Both the position numbers and the translations under genes were made by a program. A stretch of DNA of 64,000 nucleotides, taken from a virus. Location of the stretch: UHGV virus genome UHGV-0109738; one strand, written 5' to 3'. Each line of letters starts with the position of its first letter. The stretch's first letter is position 1. Positions 19,800 to 29,304 of the stretch are shown here, piece after piece. Below the pieces are notes generated by a model that worked only from the letters and a program-made list of their open reading frames with translations, made no database searches and had not been told where the DNA came from.

Positions 19800-20285
19800 A
19801 TGAAATGGTACAACATCTTTACTTATAATGAAGGGAAATTATTCTGGAAGATACCAACAAGCGGTAGAATTACCAACGGCAAGGAAGCCGGAAGTTTGCA
19901 CAACGGGTATATTGTTATCTGTGTGCAAAATAAAAAGTATAAGGCACACAACATAATTTGGGAAATGCACAACGGCCCGATCCCAGAAGGGTATGTGATT
20001 GACCATATAAACCATATAAGGAGTGATAACAGAATATAAAATCTAAGAATGATAACAAAACAAGAAAACATGAAAAATATGCCGTTATCCAGAAGGAATA
20101 AGAGCGGGTGCATTGGCGTATGGTGGAATGAAGCGAATAAAAAATGGATTGTAAGAGTGATGATTAGTGGGGTGTATCGGCATATAGGGTGTTTTAATAG
20201 CTACCTTGATGCGTGTAACGCCTCAAAAGAAGCGCACGAAATCGGAGGGTACTATAAAGAACATGGCGCGGCGCAATCACAGTGA
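19800..20285 (+). pseudogene. HNH homing endonuclease with AP2-type DNA-binding domain, interrupted by a single in-frame TAA
   Basis: Two track ORFs (19800-20039, 20049-20285) are in the same frame separated by TAA at 20037-20039; motifs HNGYIVI..AHNIIWE..IDHINHIRSDNRI then NLR..QENMKNM and AP2-like SGCIGVWWNEANKKWIVRV. Confidence 0.7.
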
Positions 20286-20511
20286 TTATGTATACACGTT
20301 GAAACAGGCCGCCCGCCTTATCGGTTATCATGAACACGAATTTATTGATTTGCTGATTGAGCGCGGGATACTGTACCAGGTCTGCTTAACGCTGTACCCT
20401 AAAGCGAAATACCTACAGGAAAAGTTATTTATCATCATGACGGATGAAAACCAGGTTAATCACTCATTCGTCACTGATAAGGGATTGACATATTTGAAGG
20501 GGGCGTTATGA
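20263..20511 (+). CDS. hypothetical protein (82 aa), possible HTH
   Basis: ORF track; internal ATG chosen; overlaps 3' end of HNH ORF in another frame. Confidence 0.35.
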   Translation: MARRNHSDYVYTLKQAARLIGYHEHEFIDLLIERGILYQVCLTLYPKAKYLQEKLFIIMTDENQVNHSFVTDKGLTYLKGAL

Positions 20512-20588
20512 GATGTGCGAACATTACGTTCTGGAAATGATCATTATCATTATTGGATTGTCATGCATTCTGCTATCGACACTATAAA

Positions 20589-20613
20589 CCCCGCCGTGGC
20601 GGGGTGTTTTTTT
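20589..20613 (+). terminator. rho-independent terminator
   Basis: ccccgcc-gt-ggcgggg followed by T-run; ends the plus-strand moron cassette. Confidence 0.7.
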
Positions 20614-20795
20614 TAATCGTAGGATAGAAATGCTACTTCTTTGCCATCCCAAGTCGTACAGCCGATATATCCATCACCCATATCATGAAGATACCACGTC
20701 TCGCCATTATCAGCCCGGACAGTAAGATCATTAATTTCATAGTCGGCGAACAATGTAAAAGCGCCAGTGCGCTCCACTACACAAAAATAAGGCAT
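20613..20795 (-). CDS. hypothetical protein (60 aa)
   Basis: ORF track. Confidence 0.35.
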   Translation of the reverse strand: MPYFCVVERTGAFTLFADYEINDLTVRADNGETWYLHDMGDGYIGCTTWDGKEVAFLSYD

Positions 20796-20806
20796 ATCCC
20801 CTCCCT

Positions 20807-21160
20807 CTAATTAATAACTTGCTCAAATGTTGCATTTAGCGTGTATAGCGGACCGTCTTTAGTCATGCTCCAGCTACGGCAAACAAAAAGCCTTTGCACG
20901 TTATCCATCGACGGCGACCAGTAAAAAGCCTCGACAGCGCCACGCGCCCTCAAGAATGCTTCCGCCTGGATCGCTACATTCCCACCATCGCCGCATCCTG
21001 CACTACTGCCTTTAAAAACCAGGGTGTAACTATCAAGTAATGTGTTAATCCCTTTCGCCTGGCGTTGTTCATACCCATCACCAAGTTTAATGACAGATAC
21101 GTTTGGTTCCCTGGTCACGCTGTAGCTTCTTTGCGGCGTCCATCTGAACACTTCCGGCAT
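20807..21160 (-). CDS. M: minor tail protein M
   Basis: N-terminal FRWTP..GDGYEQR and C-terminal NATFEQVIN match lambda M (FRWKV..GDGYSQR; EFSAEFEQVVN). Confidence 0.85.
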   Translation of the reverse strand: MPEVFRWTPQRSYSVTREPNVSVIKLGDGYEQRQAKGINTLLDSYTLVFKGSSAGCGDGGNVAIQAEAFLRARGAVEAFYWSPSMDNVQRLFVCRSWSMTKDGPLYTLNATFEQVIN

Positions 21161-21192
21161 AAAACCCCCACAAGTTACATTTTGTATATATC

Positions 21193-21216
21193 TTTACGCG
21201 CTTCTACGCGAAAAAT
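21193..21216. promoter_or_regulatory. conserved motif TTTACGCG-N4-TACGCGAAAAAT (copy A) upstream of M
   Basis: tttacgcgcttctacgcgaaaaat; second copy at 33325-33348. Confidence 0.4.
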
Positions 21217-21327
21217 GAGATCTTTGTCACAATGATTATAGCTAGTTTACAAAATGGCTTCACGTAGCATGCAACAAGATGTATATAGAAAGCAAGAAGA
21301 AAGCAGTACCAACGAAGGAGGCCCAAA

Positions 21328-21483
21328 ATGAAACGCTATGTAGTAGTAATGCTAAATAACGCATTCGAACAAGTGGAAATAGCAATCGTTAAGGGTTTCG
21401 ACGACGCATTCAAATACGGTCAATTCATGATGAATGCGAAAGAAGATGAATACCGGGACTTCTTCCTGAAGGCACTTAACTAA
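21328..21483 (+). CDS. small protein (51 aa) with strong RBS
   Basis: GAAGGAGG SD 7 nt upstream of ATG; below the 60-aa track cutoff, found by manual translation. Confidence 0.5.
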   Translation: MKRYVVVMLNNAFEQVEIAIVKGFDDAFKYGQFMMNAKEDEYRDFFLKALN

Positions 21484-21500
21484 GGATGATGGGGTGAGTT

Positions 21501-21755
21501 ATGAAACTGGTAGCGATTGACAAAAACCTGAAAGCACAGAAAAACGCGCCGGAACGTGTAGTTAAAAAAGCAAGGGAGCTTTTGAACGCGTTTTTAAACA
21601 AGGATGTGTCGCCCAAAAAATTAAAAGACGGTTACGGCTACGCCTTCCGCGCCAATTTAGACTGGCGAGTCTATAGCCAGGATCTGAAGGAGTGGGTGAT
21701 TGTTGAACATCATAAATTTAATGAATTATCTGGCGTGCGCGGTTGCCATAAGTGA
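21501..21755 (+). CDS. hypothetical protein (84 aa), weak RelE/HigB-toxin-like motif
   Basis: ORF track; motif GYAFRANLDWRVY..VIVEHH reminiscent of RelE/HigB-type toxins (unverified). Confidence 0.4.
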   Translation: MKLVAIDKNLKAQKNAPERVVKKARELLNAFLNKDVSPKKLKDGYGYAFRANLDWRVYSQDLKEWVIVEHHKFNELSGVRGCHK

Positions 21756-21865
21756 GTCGGGATATGAAGGACGATAAATTCACCTGGCGTGAGATCTGGA
21801 ACATCTGGTTAGTGATGTCCAGTAGGAGTTACATCGCACGTAACGGCAGACTGTAGGAGAAAAAA

Positions 21866-22048
21866 GTGATTATTGAAGAAACAAAACGTTGTTATGGTGT
21901 CCGGTTAGATCTTGAAAATGATGTATTGTGGATAACCGAACTTATGGGGACTGACACCATCGTGATTGACAAGTCGCAGGCTGTACAGCTTATTGCTGGA
22001 CTACAAAAGTTTGTTGATGGTGAGTTTAAAAACGAAGAGGTAGACTAA
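21866..22048 (+). CDS. hypothetical protein (60 aa)
   Basis: ORF track; GTG start with AGGAG SD. Confidence 0.4.
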   Translation: MIIEETKRCYGVRLDLENDVLWITELMGTDTIVIDKSQAVQLIAGLQKFVDGEFKNEEVD

Positions 22049-22053
22049 GAAAA

Positions 22054-22072
22054 AGGCCACTATAAGTGGCCT
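22054..22072. terminator. terminator-like hairpin (bidirectional)
   Basis: aggccac-tataa-gtggcct flanked by A-run and T-containing run. Confidence 0.5.
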
Positions 22073-22077
22073 TAGTG

Positions 22078-24420
22078 TTATTTGCGGCGCGGTTGCAACA
22101 TTCCGCCCGGTCTTTGAGATTCCCTTGTTATCATCTTCATAGCTACACGTTCCATTGTCTGTTCAAGTCTGCGGCTGTCTTCGTCGCTGAATCCGTTCGT
22201 TGTCTGAATGCTGATACTGACAGGCATACTAATACCGCCACCGCCGCCAATATCACGGCCCGGAATAACTCTGCCGTTCTCGCCAGGAATCATATATTGA
22301 TTCCCGTTAGGCGTCTGGAATAGCTCCGTCCTGTTGTTTTCCCCGACACGGTACAAGTTGCCACCAATGACGCTACCACCATTAAAGCGCCTGCCACCGA
22401 AGATGGATGTTGCCAGAGACATGATCGCAGTGAGTGCCGCAGAGCCAGCCGCCGCCCAGCTACCGCCAGTTGATGCTGCTGTTGCCGCCGCTGCCGGGGC
22501 CGCTGCCGCAGCGATGCTACCCTGAGCGGCTACCGCACTTGCCGTTGTGCTGGCCTGCGTTGCCTTGCTTTGTGTCTCCATCATGATTTGATCTGCTATC
22601 CAGTTGGCGGCTATGTCAGAAAGCCTGTTGCCGATGTTCCCTAGTATATTGCTCCCTAAGTTAGCAAAAACATCGCTCAATGATTGAGTGCCGTTAAGCA
22701 GGCCAACAAGCGCATTGCTCATGCCACCTTTAAGGCCATTAACGCAATCACCGATAAGGCCGTTAGTGTCGCTTTGCGCCTGCCACTGCTCCCATTTCAG
22801 ATCGCGGATCTGCTGCTCATAGGCTAACAATTCCTGTTTCTGTTGTGCTTCTGTAGCGCCCAGGTCGATAAGCATTTGCTTACGGACGGCCCATTCATTT
22901 TGTGCCTGCTGGATGGGGTCAACCTCGCCTTTTAGCTGGTCCATCGGGCTAACTATTTGCGACCATTTATCACGCAGTTCATCTACCGGGATCTGCGCTA
23001 ATTCTTCTTTCAGTTCCTTGCCGATCCCTTTTTGCGCGGCGCGGTACTCAAGGAGCGTGATTTTACCCTGGGCAAATGCAGCATCAATGGCCTTGCCGTT
23101 CTCCAACGCTTTGCGCATGGCGGCGGCGTCTTTGTTGTACTGATCAGAAACGCTTATACCTTTGTCACCAAGCCGATCAGCTTCCGATTTCTTCTCTTTT
23201 TTCTGTTTTTTCGGCTTGTCTACTGGCTTGTCGAATCCGGTAATCGCTCCGTCATTGGCAGCATTCTGTTCATTTTTCCTTGCTTCTTCTGTAGCCTGGA
23301 TTGCTGCGGTCAGATCATCCTGTAGTTGCATGACCTTGCCAACGGTCTTCCCGTATTTCTTCTCGTAGTTGCTGTTATATTCGTCGGTTTGCTCTCCTAC
23401 TACCTCCTTCACCCATTTATAGCCATCCATTAGCGCCTTGATTGGCGTCACCATTGCGATGATCTTCTCTGCCACCTCTCCAGCCTTAACAGCCACATCA
23501 TCAAACATGTCGATAAATTCGCTACCAGCCGTTTTGAGTGTGTCGAAGCAGGTTTTAGCGAATTTAGCGCCATCGCCAAGCCCTTTAACGCCTTTCGTGA
23601 TCAAGTCGATAGCTGAAACAACGCCATCTGACACGCCAAAAAGATCATCCAACTGCTCAACAAGGCCCATAATTTCTACTTTAAGCTCATTGATAGCCAT
23701 GCCGGATGTGCGCGGCAACTGAGCAAACTTATCGTTTGTTTCCTGCGTAGCCGCCTGTATTGCGTTAACCATCCTTTCAGCCGTGATCTTGCCGTCCAGC
23801 ATTTCGGCGCGGAACTGGCCCATTGATAATCCCATATGGCGGGCCATTGTTTGTACGATGGTCGGCGTGTTTTCAAGCAGGCTGTTAAATTCTTCGGCAC
23901 GAAGAACACCGCCGTCGATAGACTGACGGAATTGACGCATTGAGTTAGACATCTGTTCCGCTGACGCGCCGCCTAATGCACCCATTTTCTGAATAGTGCC
24001 AACCAGGTTAAGCAATTGCCCTTCCGTAGCGGAGGTGTTTTTTAGTGAGATAGCCAGGCCTTGCCATAATTCGCCAGTATCTTTCAGGCTCTGCCCCGTC
24101 TCCCTGGATATTTCTTTCAGACCATCAAAAACCCGCCCGGCAGATTCCGCGTCGCCTGTAAGCATTTTGATTTTGACGCGTAGCATTTTGGCCTGCTCTG
24201 CCATTTCCATAAACTGTCTAACGGCCTCGGCAGCAATTAGCAGATGGATAACCCTGGTCAGTGCTTTGATTGATGTTTTCAGTGTGTTTACCTGGCGATC
24301 GGCCTGTTTAGCACCGCGCTCTATACGGTCAAAGGCCTGGTCTGCCTGTCGTTGTGCTACAAGAAGTTGTCCTGTTTTTGCGTCAACTTCGTAATAAATT
24401 GTGCCTACACTGGTAGCCAT
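22078..24420 (-). CDS. tail tape measure protein
   Basis: 780 aa, alpha-helical, Gly/Ala-rich C-terminal region; located between tail chaperone position and M. Confidence 0.85.
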   Translation of the reverse strand: MATSVGTIYYEVDAKTGQLLVAQRQADQAFDRIERGAKQADRQVNTLKTSIKALTRVIHLLIAAEAVRQFMEMAEQAKMLRVKIKMLTGDAESAGRVFDGLKEISRETGQSLKDTGELWQGLAISLKNTSATEGQLLNLVGTIQKMGALGGASAEQMSNSMRQFRQSIDGGVLRAEEFNSLLENTPTIVQTMARHMGLSMGQFRAEMLDGKITAERMVNAIQAATQETNDKFAQLPRTSGMAINELKVEIMGLVEQLDDLFGVSDGVVSAIDLITKGVKGLGDGAKFAKTCFDTLKTAGSEFIDMFDDVAVKAGEVAEKIIAMVTPIKALMDGYKWVKEVVGEQTDEYNSNYEKKYGKTVGKVMQLQDDLTAAIQATEEARKNEQNAANDGAITGFDKPVDKPKKQKKEKKSEADRLGDKGISVSDQYNKDAAAMRKALENGKAIDAAFAQGKITLLEYRAAQKGIGKELKEELAQIPVDELRDKWSQIVSPMDQLKGEVDPIQQAQNEWAVRKQMLIDLGATEAQQKQELLAYEQQIRDLKWEQWQAQSDTNGLIGDCVNGLKGGMSNALVGLLNGTQSLSDVFANLGSNILGNIGNRLSDIAANWIADQIMMETQSKATQASTTASAVAAQGSIAAAAAPAAAATAASTGGSWAAAGSAALTAIMSLATSIFGGRRFNGGSVIGGNLYRVGENNRTELFQTPNGNQYMIPGENGRVIPGRDIGGGGGISMPVSISIQTTNGFSDEDSRRLEQTMERVAMKMITRESQRPGGMLQPRRK

Positions 24421-24723
24421 GATTTAACCTCATGCAAAATGTGATCTATGCATCTATTTTATACAAAATGTCTTTATTTTAACGATACCGTTTTGTATAG
24501 ATGATGTAGAGAAAGATAGAAGAGATGCAGGAAGGCCGGATGTCCCGGAGGAAGTGAAAGAGGATAAGAAAATGAGAAACGTAAACTACCGTCCCAACGA
24601 ATATGAACGCTATGCGGACCTTATCGAAGAAATGTTAAAAGCACTTAAAAAATAAACAATATGCGTGTATAACTAAGTTAAAGGAAGCATTTAGCAAATC
24701 AGAATAATTACAGGGGGTTGATT

Positions 24724-25143
24724 ATGAAACGGTTAGCAAAAATGGTGCTTGCTGTGATTGCTGCACTAGCATTTAACGCTAACGCTAACGCTAACGAGGC
24801 CATAAACATTAACTGTGAAGAAGTGGCAAACCATGTAGCCGCATATCACGACATGATCAAAAAAGAACCAGCCGCACCCACAATTCTTTTTAAGGCAATT
24901 GATAAAAATTTTGAAGGTAAACCAGTTTATGCTCGTTGGTTTAATTATGGCCTTGTAAACGAGGCTGCTGTAGGCGTAGTCTTTGAAAACAACAGCGAAA
25001 TAAAAAACAGGATAGCTAACGAGTGTAAAGCAAATAAAGTTGCTTTCGCTGAAAGAATTTTTAATAAAGGCGGCGCTGGTGCAAAAAATCACGCAATTGT
25101 CGATTTAGGTAACGGTTTTATTGATATTGTTAGAATCAAATAA
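24724..25143 (+). CDS. secreted hypothetical protein (moron), 139 aa
   Basis: Signal peptide MKRLAKMVLAVIAALAFNANA; AGGGGG SD; contains AACGCT x3 hexamer repeat. Confidence 0.55.
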   Translation: MKRLAKMVLAVIAALAFNANANANEAININCEEVANHVAAYHDMIKKEPAAPTILFKAIDKNFEGKPVYARWFNYGLVNEAAVGVVFENNSEIKNRIANECKANKVAFAERIFNKGGAGAKNHAIVDLGNGFIDIVRIK

Positions 25144-25150
25144 GACAAAC

Positions 25151-25173
25151 GCCCGGATCTACCGGGCTTTTTC
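25151..25173 (+). terminator. rho-independent terminator
   Basis: gcccgg-atcta-ccgggc followed by TTTTTC. Confidence 0.7.
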
Positions 25174-25845
25174 TTGCTTGCGATTTTCCATTCTTTTTAG
25201 CGCCTTTTTAGCAGCCTCCATTTGCTCGTCATAAGCACGTTTATTTATGTGAACATTTGGTCTACTTCTTTCATTTCTTTCGTCTGGCGGCGTTTTAGCG
25301 CGCACTGCGGCCCTGTATCCGGTCATTGTCATGTTCCACGCTTCTGATTCAGATAATCCCAGATGAGCAACGGCAGAATAAACGAAATCAAGTACATCAA
25401 ATGTCGGCTTGTATTCACCTTCCCGGATCTCGCTTGTATTTTCTTCCGGCCCGTCACCGATTAAACCGTGGTACATGCAGTGTTGCGCCAGCGTAATAAC
25501 ATCATCAACTGGCATTATTCCGGGCTTTAACCTTAATTTGCCCGAAGGAGTAAACCAGCATTCGCCCAATAACGGGCCTGTTTCGTCGTCTGAGCAACAT
25601 TTCAGGATGTGCATTGACGTTTGCACTATCCCACCATAACACCGCGCCATAATGCGATTGCGGAGGTCTGGATCTGTAGGTAATCGTGAAGGGTATTTGC
25701 TACCGTGGATGGTTGCGAAATATTCCACAAGCTCCCTGTCATTACCGATTTTAGCCATCGCAGCGAAACACGGGTTAAATTCATAGCGCTTACCGTTCAC
25801 CATAGCCACAAATTGTCCGGTACGAACATGAATCATAGTCTTCAC
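25159..25845 (-). CDS. putative tail assembly protein (position-based)
   Basis: 228 aa ORF between major tail protein and tape measure genes. Confidence 0.3.
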   Translation of the reverse strand: MKTMIHVRTGQFVAMVNGKRYEFNPCFAAMAKIGNDRELVEYFATIHGSKYPSRLPTDPDLRNRIMARCYGGIVQTSMHILKCCSDDETGPLLGECWFTPSGKLRLKPGIMPVDDVITLAQHCMYHGLIGDGPEENTSEIREGEYKPTFDVLDFVYSAVAHLGLSESEAWNMTMTGYRAAVRAKTPPDERNERSRPNVHINKRAYDEQMEAAKKALKRMENRKQEKAR

Positions 25846-25881
25846 CCTAAAAGAAAGGGGGCTAAATAGCCCCCTTATTGT

Positions 25882-26358
25882 TTACGCAGCAACCGGATCG
25901 GTTACAGTTACCTGGCCAGCGCTTTCGCACTCGATAGACCAGGTCGTCACATCATCATACGGAGCCTCTTCTTTGAAGGAGGTGCAAAGGAATGGCCCCT
26001 CGGTTACATCGGTGGCACTGACAATTTTCAGCCACACATATGGTTGATTTCCGGTAGCAGTGCCCGGAGACATTACATGCCGTTTTAGTGCTTTCTGGTT
26101 GTATGTATCATCGCTACGTGAAACACCATCACCAGAGAAGCTCACTGATTTATAAGTAACCAGCGACTCTTTGGTATAGTCGGCGGATTTATCAGCGGTA
26201 GCGTCTGCGGATTCCCATTCTACGGAAAGCGTTTTGCCGCGCATCATACCTAACGGCTTGTAGCCACCCTCTTCCGGTTTCGCGCTGGGACAAGCAATGG
26301 CATAGAACACGGCAACATCACGCCCGGTAAACGCACCGGATTTACAGGTTTCGGACAT
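25882..26358 (-). CDS. major tail (tube) protein
   Basis: 158 aa; position immediately upstream of chaperone/tape-measure genes. Confidence 0.5.
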   Translation of the reverse strand: MSETCKSGAFTGRDVAVFYAIACPSAKPEEGGYKPLGMMRGKTLSVEWESADATADKSADYTKESLVTYKSVSFSGDGVSRSDDTYNQKALKRHVMSPGTATGNQPYVWLKIVSATDVTEGPFLCTSFKEEAPYDDVTTWSIECESAGQVTVTDPVAA

Positions 26359-26371
26359 ATTGGTTTACCTC

Positions 26372-26758
26372 TTATCTGGATATGATGGATTGAAAAGCTA
26401 CGGTAAAAATAAAGCGCCCTTCTCTTGTCTGCATCGCAGGAATAGCGCCAACTGGCTTCATGTGTGTAATTTTATCAGTTTTATATTCTGTTAACATACT
26501 TTGACGGATGGCATCGGCCAGGTCTTCCACTTCACAGATATTTGCATCATTACGCGCTGAAATAACCAGGATGCGAAAATAATCACGGGTTATTGCTTCT
26601 TCACCAGCCGCGCCGCCGTTTTGCTGGATAACAATGTATCGGTCGTTATTCGAATTGGATTTTTCATTCCAGAAACGGGCCTGCAAAATATAGCCTTTAT
26701 CGTACCCGTGGGATTTAATCCAATCCCTTATTTCGTCGTATACTTCGCTGCGTTTCAT
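26372..26758 (-). CDS. tail completion/terminator-like protein (position-based)
   Basis: 128 aa; ATGA-type overlap with upstream gene. Confidence 0.35.
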   Translation of the reverse strand: MKRSEVYDEIRDWIKSHGYDKGYILQARFWNEKSNSNNDRYIVIQQNGGAAGEEAITRDYFRILVISARNDANICEVEDLADAIRQSMLTEYKTDKITHMKPVGAIPAMQTREGRFIFTVAFQSIISR

Positions 26759-27219
26759 GTTTTGTAACCTTCTACAATCTCTTTATAAATATCGTCGGCG
26801 TTGTTTGGATCTTCGAATGCCTTGCGCAAGAATTCCGGCTCCGCGTTTGGGTCCCAATATTTACCTTTGCCAGTACCGCCGCCGAACTCAATTACCTGTT
26901 TCGGCCCGAAATCTGAAAGGTTATTTGTTTTCCCGAAATGTTCACGCGGCTGGCCTTTTAATGTGCCTGGCATATTGTGCACCCATTCAGCGTAACGGGC
27001 TGTATATCCCAGCCGTAACTGCATACCCTCCGCCGTGTTACCTATATATTGAAATTGGCTGTTAATTAAAAAACCCGTATCAACCGGTGTCATGTTTGCC
27101 GCAAAGCCACCAGCCAGCATACCGACGCGCCATAAAACTTCGTGCGTCTTTTTATCGGTGATTTCCTTTAGCTCCTGCTTTAATCTCTCACGGACGCGTT
27201 TAACTCCCCTGATAGGCAT
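26755..27219 (-). CDS. HK97 gp10-like tail component
   Basis: 154 aa; position in head-tail joining block. Confidence 0.4.
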   Translation of the reverse strand: MPIRGVKRVRERLKQELKEITDKKTHEVLWRVGMLAGGFAANMTPVDTGFLINSQFQYIGNTAEGMQLRLGYTARYAEWVHNMPGTLKGQPREHFGKTNNLSDFGPKQVIEFGGGTGKGKYWDPNAEPEFLRKAFEDPNNADDIYKEIVEGYKT

Positions 27220-27221
27220 GA

Positions 27222-27590
27222 TTAACCCCCTGTCACGATCTTATAATCCGGCGTATCGTTAAACATGCTCATATCCCATTCAACGATCCCGGTAATAATG
27301 TTGGCTCCTGCCGCCATCGGGTCGGTAATATTGGTGGTGTCACCAGTGGCAATCATCCAGCCGTTTTCCGGGCGCTGTACTGGCTGCATATTATGAAGCA
27401 GTTCGGTAAATACGGTTATTGTATTGCTAACCTCATTACCGTTTGTGTCTGTTGCAGTGCCGTCGGTGCGCTCCCATGCGCAGTTAATCAGGTATGGTGC
27501 GCCGTATACGTCGGCGTTTGTCCAGTCGTCATGCGTTACGGGGTAGATGGTGGCTAATGCCTTGTAACTGAATCGCGCAATCTTACTCAT
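27222..27590 (-). CDS. head-tail adaptor protein (position-based)
   Basis: 122 aa. Confidence 0.35.
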   Translation of the reverse strand: MSKIARFSYKALATIYPVTHDDWTNADVYGAPYLINCAWERTDGTATDTNGNEVSNTITVFTELLHNMQPVQRPENGWMIATGDTTNITDPMAAGANIITGIVEWDMSMFNDTPDYKIVTGG

Positions 27591-27774
27591 AGCCGTAACT
27601 CCAGCTAATGACCTTTGGATGAGTTTTCGCCACGCGCGGGCAAAGAATTACCCATAAGCCAGCATCATTGAGGTAGGCCGCCACCTGGCGTCCGCTATCC
27701 GTTTTAACCCACACGCGGGTAAATGGTTTCGGCAATACTGGATTTGGTAATGTCAGGTCGTTCCACATTGTCAC
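27583..27774 (-). CDS. hypothetical structural-module protein (63 aa)
   Basis: ORF track; overlaps neighbours by a few nt. Confidence 0.35.
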   Translation of the reverse strand: MTMWNDLTLPNPVLPKPFTRVWVKTDSGRQVAAYLNDAGLWVILCPRVAKTHPKVISWSYGYE

Positions 27775-28157
27775 ACCCTCCTGCTCTTACCAATCCACAG
27801 CCCGGCGTGCGCGGTGTTTTCTGGATCTGGTGGAATTAGTTCGGCTGTACAATGGTGTTTGTCCAGTGAGTAAAGCAACGAATAGGCCGCCTTCCATCGC
27901 TTATTAAAATCGACATAGCGGTATGACTGACTCGCACCGTTCGGCCCAGTCTGCGAGGAAACGTATTTATCAGCCTGGCTTAGTCCTAACAGGCCAATCA
28001 GATAAAGCTGAATCAATGTTGCAGTGGAGGCCGGATAGTTGGCATCAAGGCATTCATTAACGCTATTTGCCTGCTCCACCAGCAAAGATAAGATAACGTC
28101 TGGCAGGTCAATACCCTGGCTTTCAATATATTCCCGCGCCTGTTCTGTAGTGACCAT
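27771..28157 (-). CDS. head-tail connector-like protein
   Basis: 128 aa from ATG with GGAG SD. Confidence 0.4.
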   Translation of the reverse strand: MVTTEQAREYIESQGIDLPDVILSLLVEQANSVNECLDANYPASTATLIQLYLIGLLGLSQADKYVSSQTGPNGASQSYRYVDFNKRWKAAYSLLYSLDKHHCTAELIPPDPENTAHAGLWIGKSRRV

Positions 28158-28222
28158 TTTGTTTTCTCCACATACAAAAAAATCCCCGGCATCGCGCCGG
28201 GGAGTTACAGGAAACATATCAA

Positions 28223-29287
28223 TCAGGTATTGCTGCCGTAGACCACACCTGAACGACCTTTCATATCACAGGTGATCTGAAGACCCTCAGCAGACATAAT
28301 GCGGAAGTTGTAGTTATCGGTCGGCATCATGCGCGGTAACGGAACTACGCCAGTGGTCATGCCAATCAGCGGGGTGATGACGCCGCGACTACGCTGATAA
28401 GCGATAAATTCGTTGTCAGTCAGCGCATAGGTCTGGCGAATATCATCAACCGGGACAAACGGCTTGATAACATCCAGTACACTACCAACAATTACGCCAT
28501 TAACGATGTGTGGGCGTGCCAGGTTAGCCATGATTTCTGGCGATACCCACATTACATCGTATTTAGCTACGAAGTTGGCGCGGGCCAGTTTCCCGAACTC
28601 ACCAGTGGTAAAGAATTCAATAATCTTATCGAAAGTCGCGGTGGTCAGGTCGATTTTAGCGACAGTTTTCAGTTTAAGTTGCTGGGTGTTTTTGTGGTTT
28701 TTAAGACCCATTGCTTTATGACCATCAACCACGATGCGATCGTTACCATTCAGGTAGAACTGGACGCGTGCTTTGTTGAATTTTTTCAGTTTAAGGCGCT
28801 GGCTGTCTAATGCAAGGTCGATGCCTACAGTATTTAAGCCCTGAGCTAAACGCCAGTTAACACCGTAACCCGCTGCGAACATCGGGATCGGGTCGCCATC
28901 GCTGCCGTATTCGGTGTGATCAAAGCCGTGTGGCGCTTGACCATCCATAGACATCACAACTTCATCATCGATGTCACCGGATACGTTGTACATTTTCAGC
29001 GTTTTACCGATTGGCAGTACGGTTTGCACACCCATCAGGTCGTTTACGATCTCAATACCGATTTCTTCGGTGTTCAGTTCGATAATCTGGTTATCGATTT
29101 CTTTCCAGAATTCTTTTGCGAAGCCGCCGACGGCGTTACAGGTCAACATTTCAGCGGTCATATTTGCCTGATTTGCAGCAATCATGGCGTTGTGCTGCTC
29201 GTTGAAGATATTGCGTTGCGCCCACAGTTCTTTCCAATGGCCCTGCATACGGGCGTTGGTGGCAAGGTTTTCTTTTGTAAAGTACAT
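28223..29287 (-). CDS. major capsid protein
   Basis: 354 aa; position after scaffold/decoration genes; size typical. Confidence 0.65.
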   Translation of the reverse strand: MYFTKENLATNARMQGHWKELWAQRNIFNEQHNAMIAANQANMTAEMLTCNAVGGFAKEFWKEIDNQIIELNTEEIGIEIVNDLMGVQTVLPIGKTLKMYNVSGDIDDEVVMSMDGQAPHGFDHTEYGSDGDPIPMFAAGYGVNWRLAQGLNTVGIDLALDSQRLKLKKFNKARVQFYLNGNDRIVVDGHKAMGLKNHKNTQQLKLKTVAKIDLTTATFDKIIEFFTTGEFGKLARANFVAKYDVMWVSPEIMANLARPHIVNGVIVGSVLDVIKPFVPVDDIRQTYALTDNEFIAYQRSRGVITPLIGMTTGVVPLPRMMPTDNYNFRIMSAEGLQITCDMKGRSGVVYGSNT

Positions 29288-29304
29288 GTTTTTCCCCTTT
29301 TAAA

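Noticed and set aside
24437-24456. Third CRP-like site upstream of the tape measure gene
   Set aside because: Only one TGTGA half-site; the second half (CATCT) does not match TCACA.
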